DNA of 64,000 bases from Mobula hypostoma (GCF_963921235.1 NC_086108.1:14260001-14324000), one strand, 5' to 3'. Positions 1 through 13,377 are shown, counted from the first letter of the stretch. The notes: generated by a model from the sequence alone, not told the origin. Translations and numbers: made by a program.

Positions 1-3000
1 CGGGTAGATGACCGGAACTGCACATAGTACTCCAAATTAGGCCTCACCAATCTGTTACTTTGTCTTAAATATATTTACTGAGGTAGCCTCCACTGATTCA
101 TTGGGCAGAGAATTTCACAGATTCACCACTCTTTGGGAAAAGCAGTTTCTCCACATCTCTGTCCTAAATTTATTCCCCTGAATTTTGAGGCTATATTCCC
201 TAGTTCTAGTCTCACCTACAAGTGGAAACAACTTTCCTGCCTCTGTCTATTCTATACCTTTCATAATTTTATTTGTTTCTCCTCTCATCCTTCTGAATTC
301 CAGCAAGTACAGTCCTAGGCGACTCAATCTAACCCCCTTATAGCCCAACCCCTCATCTTCAGAATAACCCTGGTGAACCTCCTCTGCACCACTTCCAAAG
401 CCAGTATATCCTTCCTCAAGTAAGGAAACTAGAACTGCACACAGCACTCCAGATGTGGCCCCACCAGTACACTATAAAGTTGCAGCATAACCTCCCTGCT
501 CTTAAATTCAATCCCTCTAGCAATGAAGGCCAACATTCCATTTGCCTTCTTGATAGCTTGCTGCATCTGCAAACCAACCTTTTGTGACTTATGCACAAGC
601 ACTCCAAAGTCCTTTTTGCACAGCAGCATGCTATAATCTTTTACCATTTAAATAATAATTTGATCTTCCATTTTTCCTTCTAAAGTGGATGACCTCGCAT
701 TTGTACTCTATCTGCCAGACCTTTGCCCATTCTTTACCTTATCTATATATTTCTCTGCAGACTCTCCGTGTTCTCTGCAAATTTGCTTTTCTACTCAATT
801 TGGTGTCATCGGCAAAACTTAGATCACTACACTTGATCCCCTCTTCCAGATCGTTAATGTATATTCCAAACAGTTGCAGGCTGTTGCCACTGACCCCTGT
901 GGCACACTACTCACCACTGATTGCCAACCAGAGAAACACCCATGTATCCCAACACTCTGCTTTCGATTAGTTACCCAATTCTTTATCCATGCTAATAGAT
1001 CACCCCCAAACTCTATGTATCTTTATCTCATGAATAAGTCTTTTATGTGGCACCTTATCGAACGTCTTCTGGAAATCCAGGTAAATAACACCCATCTCTT
1101 CCCCTCTATGCACTGCACTTGTTACATCCTCAAAGGACTCCAGTAAGTTTGTCAAACAGGACCTGCCTTTGCTGAATCCATGCTGCGCCTGCTTGATGGA
1201 TCCATTTCTTTCCAGATGCCTTGCTATTTCTTTAATGATAGCTTCAAGCATTTTTCCAACTACAGATATTAAACTAACTGGCCTATAGTTACATGCCTTC
1301 TGCCTACATTTTTTTTTTAAACAGTGGCATGATATTCACCTTCTTCCAATCCGCTGGGACTGCCCAGAGTCCAGAGAATGTTGGTAAATTATCGCCAAAG
1401 CCTCAACTATAGCCTTTGTCATTTCTTTCAGTACCCTGAGATGCATTCCATCAGGACCAGACGACTTGTCTATTTTTAGGACCACAAGTTTGCTCAGCAC
1501 TACCTCTTTAGTGACAGTTATTGTATTGAGGTCCTCACCTCCCATTACATCCAAATCACCTCTCCTCAGCATGTTAGACGTGTCCTCCACCGTGAAAACT
1601 GACAAAAAATTGTCATTCAAAGCCTCAGCCATTTTCTCATTACCCACTATCAATTCCCCCTTCTTGTCTTCCAAGGGACCTACATTCACTTTGGCCACCC
1701 TTTTCTGCTTTATATAATTATAAAAAACTTTTACTATCTTTTTTTATGTTTTGTACTAGTTTATTTTCATAATCTATCTTCCCTTTCGTTATTGCTCACT
1801 TAGTTGTTATTTGTTGCATTTTGAAGTTTTCCCAATCTTCCAGTTTCCCACTACTCTTGGTGACGTTGTACCCACGAGCTTTTAGTTTGATGACTTCTTC
1901 TATTTCCTTAGTTACGCAAGGCTGGCTCTCCCTACCCTTACTGCCCATGCTTTTAACTGGAATATGCTTTTGTTGAGCACTGTGAAAAATGTCTTTGAAA
2001 GTCTTCCACTCTTCCTCAACCATCCCACTATATAGCCTGTGTTCCCAGTCTACCCTATCCAACTCCTCCCTCATCCCATTATAGTCTCCCTTGTTTAGGC
2101 ATAATACACTGGTTTTAGATCAAACTATTGCACCCTCCATTTGTATGAGAAACTCAATCATACTATATTCACTCTTTCCAAGAGGATCCCTAACTACAGG
2201 ATTGCTAATTTTACCTGTCTCATTGCAAGGACCAGATCCAAGATAACATGTGCCCTTGCAGGTTCAGTAATATGCTGTTCAAGAAAGCTTTCATGTATGC
2301 ATTCTACGAAATCCTCCTCAAGACTGCCTTGACCAACTTGTTTCATCCAATCTATGAGCAAGTTAAAGTCCCCCATGATAACTGTTGTTCCATTCTTACA
2401 TGCCTCAGATATTTCTCAGTTTATTGCCTGTGCCACTGTAATGTTATTATTCGGTGGCCTATAGATAACTCCCACCAGTGATTTTTTTCCCCTTTACTAT
2501 TCCTAATCTCTATCTAGACAGATTCAACATTCTGCTCCTTAGATCTTCTATCATCTCTCACTAACACCCTGATTTCCTCCTTAGTTAAGAGTGTTACCCC
2601 ATTTTCCTTACCTTCCTGCCTATCCTTCCGTATTACGTGATATCCTTGCATATTTAATTCCCAATCCTCCCCACCTTGCAACCACCTTTCTGTAATAGCC
2701 ACTAAATCATACCCCTTTATACTGATTTGTGCCACAAGTTCACTGACCTTTTTACAAATACTACGGGCATTCAGATAAACTGCTCTTACACTCATTGTGC
2801 CTTTAAAATCTAGTAATCTTTCTCTCTTAGGCACAACTTTCCTACACTCCACCCTTAGTTTTCTCTTTTTTAATTTTTGCTTTATCTCTATCCACACTTT
2901 TCTCTTTTACTTTATCCATACTTCTCCAATCTGTTGAACTCACACCCCTGCTATTTAGTTTAAAGCCCTATCCACAGTCCTAGTTATATGATTCACCAGG

Positions 3001-3245
3001 ATCGAGGTCCCGTCACAGTTCAGGTGGAGCCTGTCCCTCTCCCTCCCCAATACTGGTGCCAGTTTCCCATTAATTCAAACCCACTTTTCCCACACTGATC
3101 CTTGAGCCACGCATTTAACTCTCTAATCATCTTAACCCTGTGCCAATTTGCACGTGACTCAGGTAGTAATCCAGAGATTACCATCTTTTTAGTTCTGCTT
3201 TTTAATTTGGTCCCTAGCTGCTCAAAATCCCTCAGCAGAACCTCT
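1..3245 (-). mobile_element. CR1 LINE, decayed (RT, APE endonuclease, ORF1 end)
   Basis: Minus-strand fragments QHGFSKGRSCLTNLLESF / YLDFQKTFDKVPH (RT), MGDFN and YLNARSI (APE endonuclease) and VISGLLP...LNAWLK (ORF1 esterase-like); many frameshifts. Confidence 0.92.
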
Positions 3246-3429
3246 GGTAACATCCTCAAAAAACTCTTTACGATTGGATAGACACGACCTACTATGCACT
3301 AAGCCGTGTTGACGATCCCTAATCATTCCGTGTCTATGCAAACACCTACATATCCAACTGCTTAGACTATCTTCCAGTAACTTGCCCATGACTGATGTCA
3401 GGCTCACAGGCTTATAATTTCCTGGCAAA

Positions 3430-3850
3430 TTCAAAGGTTTCAATGGTACATTTAATATTAGAGAAATGTATACAATATACATCCTGAAATGATTTTTCTT
3501 TGCAACCATCCACGAAAACAGAGGAGTGCCCCAAAGAATGAATGACAGTTAAATATTAGAACCAGAAAGTACCCCCCAGCTCCCCTCCCCCCACCAGCAA
3601 AAAAAAAGCATCAACATCCGTCACCAAGCACTCAAGCGTGCAGCAAAGACACAGACTTGCAGTACTCCAAAGACTACTCATTCACCTGGTATTCGACATA
3701 CCACAGGCTCTCTCTCCCTAATAAGGGAAAAAGAGGTGTCTCCGTTTCACAGCAAGAGGGGAGACATAACAAACAACTCGCTGGTTTACGGTGTTAAAAG
3801 TCCGTTGTGTCGCTTTTTCCAAGCTCTGTGCCCAAAGATCTCAGATCTTA
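3430..3850 (-). mobile_element. Non-autonomous retroelement fragment (same family as 41690-42247)
   Basis: Reverse complement shares the tail ...tttcaggatgtatattgtatacatttctctaatattaaatg...ttgaa with 42190-42247; interrupts CR1 sequence. Confidence 0.6.
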
Positions 3851-4847
3851 GAGCATTTCTTAAACATTGGAATAGCATTAGCTATCCTCCAATCCTCTGG
3901 CGTGACTAAGGAGTGGTTTTTACCTGAACTGGAGGGGGAGCTAATATCCTTGTTGGAAGGCTTGCTAGTGCTGCTCAGTGTGGTGGTGGGGGGGGGGGTG
4001 TTTAAGCTGAAGTTGCAGGGGAGTGGGAGCCATTTTACAGGGCAAATAGTAGAGTGATTCCGGGGAAGGATGTTGTTAAGCTAAGCCTACATTCCCAGGC
4101 AGGAATGAAAATGTTGAGAAATCCAATACCAAGTTGCACACTGGTGTGATAAGACCAAGGAGTAGGACTTTGTTCACCATGGTCTGTGGGGCAATAGTGT
4201 TGAATGCCGAACTGACATATGTGAATGCATGTGTCCTCATTAAAGTGTGTGTGTTTTCTAAAGGGATTGTTAAAACAGATGAGGGTCCAAAACTGCTCAC
4301 CCAGTGCAAACTGACCAGTGCTTTCTAAAGTCTCAGCATTACATCCTTGCTCTTGTGTACTAGTCCTCTTAAAATGAATACTAACATTGAATTTGCCTTC
4401 CTTGCCACCCACTCAACCTGCAAGTTAAGCTTTAGGGATCCTGCACAAGGTCACCCAAGTTCCTTTCCACCTCTGATTTCTGTATTTTCTCTCTGTTTAG
4501 AAAATAGTCTATGCCCTTGTGCCTTTTACCAAAATGCATAACCATATACTTCCCTCCACTATATTCCAACTTCCACTTCTTTGTCCATTCTCTAAACTGT
4601 CCGAGTCCTTCTGCAGTCTCCCTACTTCCTCAACACTACCTGCCCTTCTGCCTGTCTTCATATCATCCACAAACTTGGCCACAAAGCCATCAAATCTGTC
4701 ATCCAAATTGTTGACAATGTAATGTGAAAAGAAATGGTCCAACACTGACCCATGCAGAACACCACTAGTCACCAGCAGCCAACCAGAAAATGCCCCCTTT
4801 ATTCCCACTCTTTCGCTGCTCCCAGTCAGCCAATCTTCTATCCATGC

Positions 4848-5575
4848 TACACACACAGAATGATAGAGAAACTCAGCAAGCCAGGCACATCCATGGAAAA
4901 GAGCACAGTCAACGTTTCGAGCCGAGATCCTTCATCAGGACTGGAGAAAAGAAGATGAGAAGTTAGAGTAAGAAAGTGGGGGGGGTGGGCGGTGGGTGGG
5001 GGAAACACAAGGTGATAGGTAATTTCCCATTTCCATTCCATTATGTCTATCCTGGCCCCCTCCACTATTGTGATGAGGCCACACTCAGGTTGGAGGAACA
5101 ACAGCTTGTATTCCGTCTGGGTAGCCTCCAACCTGATGGCATGAACATCGATTTCTCAAACTTCTGGTAATGCCCCTGCCTTTATCATTTCCCATCTCCT
5201 TTTCCCTCTCTCTCCTTGCCTGCTCACCACCTTCCTCTGGTGCTCCTCCCCCCTTTTCTTTCTTCCATGGCCTTCTGTCCTCTCCTATCAGACCCCTACT
5301 TCTCTAGCCCTGTGTCTCTTTCACCAACCAGCTCCCCAGCTCTTGATTTCACCACCCCTCCTCCGGGTTTTACCTATCACCTTGTGTTTCTCCCTCCCCT
5401 CCTCGCACCTCTTAACTCTACTCCTCACCTTTTTTTATTTCTTCAGTCCTGCTGAAGGGTCTCAGTCCGAAATGTCAACTGTACTCTTTTCTATAGATGC
5501 TCCCTGGCCTGCTGAGTTCCTCCAGCATTTTGTGTGTGTTGGTTGGATTCCCAGCATCTGCAAATTTTCTCTTCC
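4848..5575 (+). mobile_element. Penelope-like element 3' end with inverted terminal-repeat copy
   Basis: ORF 4976-5170 ends EEQQLVFRLGSLQPDGMNIDFSNFW*, resembling the GIY-YIG C-terminus of Neptune-type PLEs. About 4848-5020 is an inverted copy of about 5372-5540. Hammerhead-like cores at 4907-4942 (-) and 5445-5480 (+, decayed). Confidence 0.8.
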
Positions 5576-6038
5576 AGGTGATAGGTGAAGCCGGGAGGGG
5601 TCTGGTCCAGGTGACTTACCTACCTTCAGACCTTTCAGCTTCCCAAGCACCTTCTCCTTAATAATAGCAACTGCACTCACTTCTGACCTCTGACACTCTC
5701 GAATTTCTGGCATACTGCTGGTATCTTCCACAATGAAGACTAATGTAAAATACTTATTCAGTTCGTCCGCCATTTTTTGTTTTGCCCATTACTACTTCTT
5801 CAGCAACGTTTTCCAGTGATCCACTATCCACTCTCACCTCCGCTTCAGAATCAGAATCAGGTTCAGTATCACTTGTATATGTTGAGAAATGTCTTTGCGA
5901 CAGCAGTACAATGCAATACACAATAATAGAGAAAAATGTACATTAAGTATGTGCATGTGTGTGAATATATATATATGTGAGTGTGTGTGTTAAATAAATA
6001 GAGCAAAAATTTAAAGAAAAAAACAGTGACATAGTATT

Positions 6039-6275
6039 TTTTTTTCGCAAACAACAGGAATTCTGCAGATGCTGGAAATTCAAGCAACATACATCAAAGT
6101 TGCTGGTGAACGCAGCAGGCCAGGCAGCATCTATAGGAAGAGGCGCAGTCGACGTTTCAGGCCGAGACCCTTCGTCAGGACTAACCGAAGGCTCTCGGCC
6201 TGAAACGTCGACTGCGCCTCTTCCTATAGATGCTGCCTGGCCTGCTGCGTTCACCAGCAACTTTGATGTATGTTG
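6039..6275. mobile_element. Fold-back (palindromic) Penelope terminal-repeat insertion with 15-bp TSD
   Basis: Arms 6084-6174 and 6186-6276 are reverse complements with one mismatch in 91 nt and an 11-nt loop. Flanked by CAGTGACATAGTATT at 6024-6038 and 6276-6290. Confidence 0.9.
6147..6182 (-). ncRNA. Minimal type I hammerhead ribozyme motif (antisense to host gene)
   Basis: Minus strand reads agtc-CTGACGA-a-gggt(ctcg)gcct-GAAA-c-GTC-gact: conserved core, stem I AGTC/GACT and a short stem II. Confidence 0.75.
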
Positions 6276-7437
6276 CAGTGACATAGTATTCATGGGTTCA
6301 ATGTCCATTCAGAAATTAGATGGCAGAGGAGAAAAACTGTTCCTGAATTACTGAGTCTGTGCTTTCAGGTTCCTGTACCTCCTTCCTGATGGTAGCAGTG
6401 AGAAAGGGACATATCTTAAATGATGCGGGGTCCTTAATGATGGATACTGCTTTTTTGAGGCATCCTCTACTCATTATATATCTGAAAAATACTTTTGGTG
6501 TCCTCTGTTATATCATAGGCCAGCTTACCTTAATAATTCATTTTCCCTCTTTTAACTTCCTTTTGTTGGTTTTTAAAGGTTTCCCAATCTTCTAACTCCT
6601 CACTATTTTTGGCTACATTACATGCCTCCTCTCTTGCTTTTACGTTGTCTTTGACTTCACTTTTCAGCCTCTTTGAGTACTACTCCTCCTTTGCTATGTA
6701 TTTATCCTGTGCCTTCCAAATTACTTCCAGAAACTCCAGGTATTGTCATTGTGCGGTTATCCCTGCTAGTATCATCTTCCAATCAGCTCCTTTCTCATGC
6801 CTCTGTAATTCCCTTTACTCCACAGTAATACTGACACATTTAGTATTACCTTCGCCCTCTCAAACTACAGGGTGAATTGTAATATTTTATGATCACGGCC
6901 TCCTACGGATTCCTTTACCTTAAGCTCTGTAATCAAATCTGGTTCATTACATAACACCCTATCCAGTATTGCTTTTTCCTAATTGGCCTTAACCACAAGC
7001 TGCTCTAAAAAACTATCTCATAGGCATTCTATAGATTCCTTCTCTTGGAAACTAGCACCAGCCTGATTTTCCCAATCTATCTGCATGTTGAAACCCCCAT
7101 GACCATCATAACATGCCTTTTTACATGCCTTTTATATTTCCCATTTTAATTTGTACCCCATTCTGGCTCCTGTTTGGAGGCCTGTGTATAACTTCCATCA
7201 GAGTCTTTTTACCCTTGCAGCTTCTTAACTCTACCTCAAGGATTCAACATCTTCCAATCCTATGTCACCTCTTTTTAAGGATTTGATTTCACTTTTTACC
7301 AATAGAGCCACCCCACCCCCTCTGCCTACCTGCCGGTCCTTTCGACACAATGTGTATCCTTGGACGTAAGCTCCCAAGTATCTTCTTTCAACCATGATTC
7401 AGTGATGCCCACAAGGTCTTTCCTACCAATCTCTAAC

Positions 7438-10400
7438 TGTAATGTATGGATCTTTTTCTCTTAAAGCAATGACATCCCTCCCCTGGCACTATGTATTGAT
7501 CTGTTGTCTACACGTGCACTGTTGTCTACGCATATGCATTGTTCTATCTCTCTCTCTCTCTCGCTGCAATGTGAATACATCAATTAAGGCTATCTCACAC
7601 GTGCATGCTTTTATTTAATCGATATGTAGTTGTGCTGCAAAATAACAAATTGGAGACAAGTACGAAAATGTCAGAAAATATCACGAACTGCGCTGACAGT
7701 TACAGCACAATTACAGGATGAAACAGCGAGAGTTAAGCAGCACAGAGAAGGCCATCACGGATGCTAACAAAAGAACGCGTGAGTAACTGCCTGCATAGTA
7801 CACAGTGAAAGACGTACTGAATTTAAAGTGAAAATAACGTATCAATGGCTTCAGTTGGGGAAGATGACATATTTCATAGTGCTAATGAATGCTGGGAGTC
7901 ATATATCAACAGGGTGGAACTATATTGTTACACGAACAACGTAGATGAGTAAAAGAAAGCCACTACACTTCTTAGCTTAATGGGTGCAAGAATGTTACAC
8001 AACTTAGTAACCCCTGCAAAATAGTTACAAGTATACTATTTTACAAAACCACTTGAGCCCTAAACTGCTGGTAATAGCTGAGAGATTCAGATTTTACAAA
8101 AGGCACCAGTCAAAAGATGAAAGCCTTTCTGAATGAATTGCAGAACTGCGCAAACTTTTCCAGTACTGTGACTTTAGAGATGGACTTACTGATGCATTAA
8201 GGGACAGGCTTGTATGTGGCATGCATAGTCAAAGCACTCAAAAGAAGCTACTGTCCGAAAGAGACCTAATCTTAGAAAAGGCACTGACCATTGACATATC
8301 GTTAGAGATTGCTGCAGAGGGTGCAGCAAAGCTACAGAAAAGGTGGTTAGAATGTGAAATGCACAAAGTGTCCCTGAATGGTGCAAAAAGCCAAAAATGT
8401 TATCGATCTGGCAAATCCTCCGATGATGTAAATTACTGTTGTTTCAAAGAAAAAGTTTGCAGAAAGTGTCACAGTGAAGGTCACGTAGATAGAATGTGCA
8501 AGGCAGACGAAAGCACAACCGAGTGAAAAGTCTTAAACACAAAGCTAAGCAAATGCATAAAGTTACCAAATGTAAAACCGAATCAGACAACATAGAGTCT
8601 GACAAAGGTGAGCTGTCATGCCTAGAACGGCATAGTATTACTGAAACAGATCACAAAATCATCTGGATCACAATAGATGTGTCTGGTGTAAAACTGAAAA
8701 TGGAGCTGGATACAGGGTCAGCTTTGTCCATAGTTCCAGAGGCTGACCACAACAAACTGCTTTCTAAGAAACAATTAGAGAAGACCACAGTGATGCTAAA
8801 GACTTAAACCGGCAAAAATGTGTCTCGCAAAGGAAACTGAAAGTGAATGTGACATATGGAGGCCAAACGCAACAGTTAGAGCTTTGTGTGTTGAAAAGTG
8901 GAGGGCCAACAATTTTTGGACATGAGTGGTTGAGAAAAATCCAACTAGACTGGCACTCAATCAAAGCTCTCAGTGTGACATCGACAGGCAACGGCAGCCC
9001 AGATGGTAGCACCAACCAGAGACTGGCACAGCTGCTTCATGCTAATGAGAAGGTGTTTGAGAAGGGGATTGGTAAACTCAAAGGAATGAAGACCAGAATT
9101 GAACTGGATGAAGCAGCAACACCAAGAGTCCATAGAATGCGTCCAGTGTCTTACGCACTACATCCTAAAGCGGACGCCGAACTGCAGAACTTGGAGACTT
9201 CTGGAATTCTCTCCATGGTTGAGTGGAGTGATTGGGCCATGCCCATTGTCCCAGTGGTCAAGAAAGGGAAAGCCGGAGCTGTTCGCATGTGTGCGGATTT
9301 CAAGGTGAGTATCAACCCTGTGTTGTCTACCGTGTAGTATCCCCTGCCACGAATAGAAGACAATTTTGCATCTTTGACAGGTGGAGAAAGGTTTTCAAAG
9401 ATTGACTTGTCACAAGCCTATCTGCCAATGGAGATTGAGGAGTCAAGCAGGAAATTCCTTATATTCACCACTCACAAGGGACTGTTCCATTATAATTGTC
9501 TTATCTTTGGCATTGCATCAGCTCCAGCAATTTGGCAAAAACCAATGGGCCAAGTGCTCTAAGATATCCCTAAAGCACAATGTTACCTTGATGACATCAT
9601 TGTGACTGACAAGAATGATGAAGAGCACCTCCAGAACCTTGGTAAAGTGCTTACCAGGCTGAGTGAGTATGGTCTGTGTGTAAAGAGAGAGAAATGTGAG
9701 GTTTTGAAGAATGAAATCTCATATTGTGGACATGTTAGTGACAAGCATGGCTTACATAAGTCACAAGAGAAGACTGAAGCAGTGCTACAGTCATCCAAAC
9801 CGGAAAATATGTCATAGCTCAGGCCATACTTGGGCCTTGTAAACTACTACTACCACAAGTTTATCCCAAACTTTACTACAGTGCTGCATCCATGGAACAC
9901 ACTGTTACAGTCAGGAGCAAAGTGGAAATGGTCAGAAAGAAGTGAGAAACCATTCAAAGAAACAAAGAGACTGATAACATCCGATGAACTGCTCACCTAT
10001 TATGACCCATTCCTACCTATCAGACTGGCATGCAATGCATTCCCTTATGGCATTTGAGCTGTTTTGTCACACATTATGAAAGATGGATTTGAATACTCAA
10101 TTGTGTTTCTTCAAGATCACTGATGAGCGCAGAACACAACAACACACAGATTGACTGAGAGGCCCTTAATATAGTATATAGTAAAAACGAAGTTCCACCA
10201 CTTCCTCTCTGGACAAAAATTTACACTAGTGACAGATCACCAGCCCTGTGTCCGTTTTCAATTCCAGAAAGGGAATTTCAGTGATGACTGCTACCCTGTT
10301 ACAATATTGGGCACGATTTCTAGGAGCCGACTCTTATGACATAGAGTTCAAGGGTATCAAACAACACAGCAATGCTGATGGCTTGTCGCATCTTCCACTA

Positions 10401-11935
10401 TTGGCAACTGAAGGAGAAATGTCTTCATGCTGTGACCCAGCAGAGGTGTTCTACAGTACATTGGTGGACCAGTTGCTGGTAACAAATTCTGAAATACAAA
10501 GGGAAATAAGACAAAAGTCTATGACATCACCATGCAAGGATGGCCAGGTCATGATAACTCTATGTTTCCAGAGTTCTCAGTGAGATGAGACCAACTGTTT
10601 GTATGCCAAAGAATGCTGATGAGCAGATCTTGTGTTGTGGTGCCTTCTAAACTGCACACCAGTGTGTTAGAAAATCTGCATGAAGGACAGCTGGGTACAG
10701 TCAAGATGAAGAGTCTCACCCGGTCTCATGTGGTGGCTGGGAAGAGATAAGCAGATTGAAAACTTGGCCAAAACTGTTTAGAATGCCAAAAAGTTCAAAA
10801 GGCATCCCCACAGGCACTGTTACGTCAGTGGGAGTGGCCATCATCACCATGGTAAAATGCACATATTGACATTCCTTGGCCTTTCATGGACTCCATGTTT
10901 CTGATTGCTGTGGATGCTTATTTGACATGTCGGAAGTCAAACACATCAGCAAAGACTGTCTCTGCTCTGAGGACTATCTTCACCAGAAATGGCTTACCCA
11001 AACAAATTGTGAGTGACCATGGTCCACAAATCATGTCAGAAGAATTCTGACTGTTCATGAAGAAAAATGGCATCAGCTCCTCACCACCCAGCAATGAATG
11101 GGTTAGCTAAAAGGTTTATCCAAACCTTCTAGAAGTCCATTAAAGTGATGGACAAGGAGGACTTTTCTCTACAGCACAAGGTGGACAGCTTCCTTTTTGT
11201 GGATTGGATCTCTGCCCATGTGACGAAAAATCAAACACCTGCAATGCTGTTCATGAGCAGGAATCTGAGATCTCAAATAGACCTCCTGAAACCAGATCTA
11301 CTGAGGGAAGTACAGAATGAACAGTTCAGCCAGTTGACAAGTGAAGCAGCGAGGAGCTTTCAAGATTGGATCAGAAGTCCTAGTGCGTGATTACTGAGAG
11401 GACAAGTGGACACCTGGTATGATAATTACAAGAACCGGACCACTGATGTACACAGTGAATGTTGGAGATCAGACATGGAGACGATACGTGGACCAGATAT
11501 TAGATGCTCCACCAAAGGACACACCTGAGTCGATTGCATACAGCAAGACAGATGCATTACAGTCACTGGACTTACCTCTCAGTAATGATGTCACTGACAG
11601 CAAGGTGACACCGGAAACCAAGAACGTTGTCTTGGATAAGACACCGACCAAACCTGATGTCACTCTACAGGTCCAAAGGCACAATGAGAACGTTATCATT
11701 GACAAGACACCTGCCAAACCTGATGCCACTCCACAGGTCAGAGGCGCTATCCTGAAAGAAACAGAGCACCACTCAAAAGACTTAACATTTAGAACTGTGA
11801 AGTTAGTCATAGGCTGTTAATGTGAAAGCATGTTTATTTGGAATATGGGTTTACGAAAGGGAAATTGAATGTTTTATACATATACAGTTTATGTTGCATT
11901 AATCGAAAGGGGGAGGAAGTGTAATGTATGGATCT
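7438..11935 (+). mobile_element. Gypsy/Ty3 LTR retrotransposon, decayed provirus with truncated 3' LTR
   Basis: 5' LTR 7438-7647 (TG...CA) and PBS-like TGGAGACAAG at 7651. Gag with CCHC-like knuckles (8221-8526), protease MELDTGSALS, RT YLDDIIV (about 9583), then RNase H and integrase remnants, all with stops and frameshifts. PPT GAAAGGGGGAGGAAG at 11905-11919; TGTAATGTATGGATCT occurs at both 7438 and 11920. Confidence 0.93.
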
Positions 11936-12560
11936 AGTTCTTTTAGCAGAATGTCTCCAGCCCCCCGCCCCCCCAGCACTGTGTATCGATGCACGAAATC
12001 ACTGACCCTGGCACTTGGAAGGCAACATGCCATACGTATGACTCTTTCACGTACACAGAATCTGCTTTCTGCTCCTCTAACTATGGAATCCCCCATCACT
12101 ACTGCACTCCTCTTCTCCCCCATCCCTTCTGAGCCACAGAGCCAGACTTAGTGCCAGACACCTGGTCGCTGTGGCTTTCCCCAAGATCATTCCTACCCCC
12201 ACCCCCACCCCGCCAATAGTATCCAAAGCAATATACTTATTATTGAGGGGAACAGCCATAGGGTAATCTGTTCCCTTTCCCTCTCCTGACAGTCACCCAC
12301 TTATTTGCCTCCTGCAGCTTAGGGGTGACTACCTCCTTGTAGCTCCTACCTATCACCACCTCATTCTCCTGTATGACCTGAAGGTTATCAGGATGCAGCT
12401 CCAATTCCTTAACACAAGGATGCAGCTCTAATTCCTAAGAAGCTGGAGTTCAATGCACCTCGTGCAGATCAGGGAGACTGGAGGTCTCCTAAAGTTAGCA
12501 CATCTAACACGAAGAACAGACCACTAACCCTGGATCTGTTTTCTTCACTCTAGGAGTGTA
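11936..12560 (-). mobile_element. CR1 ORF1 region (probable continuation of the element interrupted by Gypsy)
   Basis: AVVMGDSIVRG...MACCLPSARV (SGNH esterase-like ORF1) and VPLNNKYIALDT motifs. Confidence 0.8.
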
Positions 12561-12621
12561 CTATTGATAAAGAAAGAAAAAGTAACTTGACCAAAACTTT
12601 GTTCTTGTGCCTCTTCTCACT

Positions 12622-13377
12622 TGCTGCAAGGATCTACCCCTTAGTAATAACGATCAGAGAGACACAGAGAGAATCTGACAAGTTCCTTTATTGTCTCAGT
12701 GGGAGAACATATGAATTTATACAACTGGGTTTATACCACCTGCTAACCCTCCATTAACAATCAAAGAATAGAAAAGGTAATACCAGTAAAATGAGTTTAT
12801 GCCATGAATTGCTCTGATCTCCATGTGGGCCCTCCATATCTGCGATGGTGTGTCTATGGAGAGTTATTGCTGTTAGAGCACTCGAAGCGTTTGCTTTTAT
12901 ATTCATTCCTTACCAGGTCAAATGTTGGTTATCGGTCATCTGACTGACCTGTAACACCTTGTTGGCTCTGGTTCAGGCCAGCACCCATTTATTGCCCTTC
13001 TTCCGCAAGTGACAATTGGTAATTTATGCCTCTTTGTTCTCTTTAAATCTGGATCAAAACAGTAAACAGCTTGAATCACTCAGGGCAGACACAGACCACG
13101 CCATTCACAAACCTGCATGTTATATTATATCAGAGAACACCTCACAAATTCTTATTTGGAAATGATTTCTAGTCCAGTAGATTACCTGAAGCATCATTGT
13201 ATCTACTTTAAAACACTGATCAAGTCAAGCAACTTCACAAAATGGAAAAGGCAGAGCAGATTCACAAAGTATCAGCCTCCATCTCCTTCAAGCACATGGT
13301 AAGATTAAAGACTATTGGTCTGTCCTTGATTTGTTCGAGTTCACTGATTTGTAGACTGAAGTTCATTTTAGCCAACA
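12622..13377 (-). mobile_element. Probable solo LTR inserted in CR1 5' region
   Basis: TG...CA ends with a near 4-bp TSD (CACT/CACC). Minus-strand TATAAAA (about 12895) and AATAAA (about 12688) are in the expected order, and the flanks rejoin as contiguous CR1-like sequence. Confidence 0.5.

Larger units (their letters stand above)
5846..6465 (-). mobile_element. Rex1/Babar-like LINE 3' fragment
   Basis: (TTCTGA)n tail at about 5846-5860 and 3' ORF remnant matching the copies at 17846-18426 and 57226-58655. Confidence 0.7.
4310..7437 (-). mobile_element. CR1 LINE ORF2 (fragmented host of later insertions)
   Basis: RT pieces (WIEDWL...GVLHGSVL, AKFVDD; KSPGPD) and endonuclease-region sequence, interrupted by Penelope-like, Rex1/Babar and Gypsy insertions. 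Confidence 0.85.

Noticed and set aside
400..420. ATATCCTT as the U12 donor of exon 1
   Set aside because: It lies within an antisense CR1 ORF2 with no upstream channel coding sequence; similar strings occur in other CR1 copies.
5943..6354. Mirror-image ORFs on both strands
   Set aside because: Artefact of the palindromic insertion; the same peptide recurs in other terminal-repeat copies (55335-55819).
11618..11740. Duplicated segment of about 66 bp (DKTPxKPDxTxQV twice)
   Set aside because: A local duplication in the low-complexity tail after the Gypsy integrase; no separate function evident.
7845..11820. Domesticated or active Gypsy gag-pol
   Set aside because: Many stops and frameshifts in every domain.
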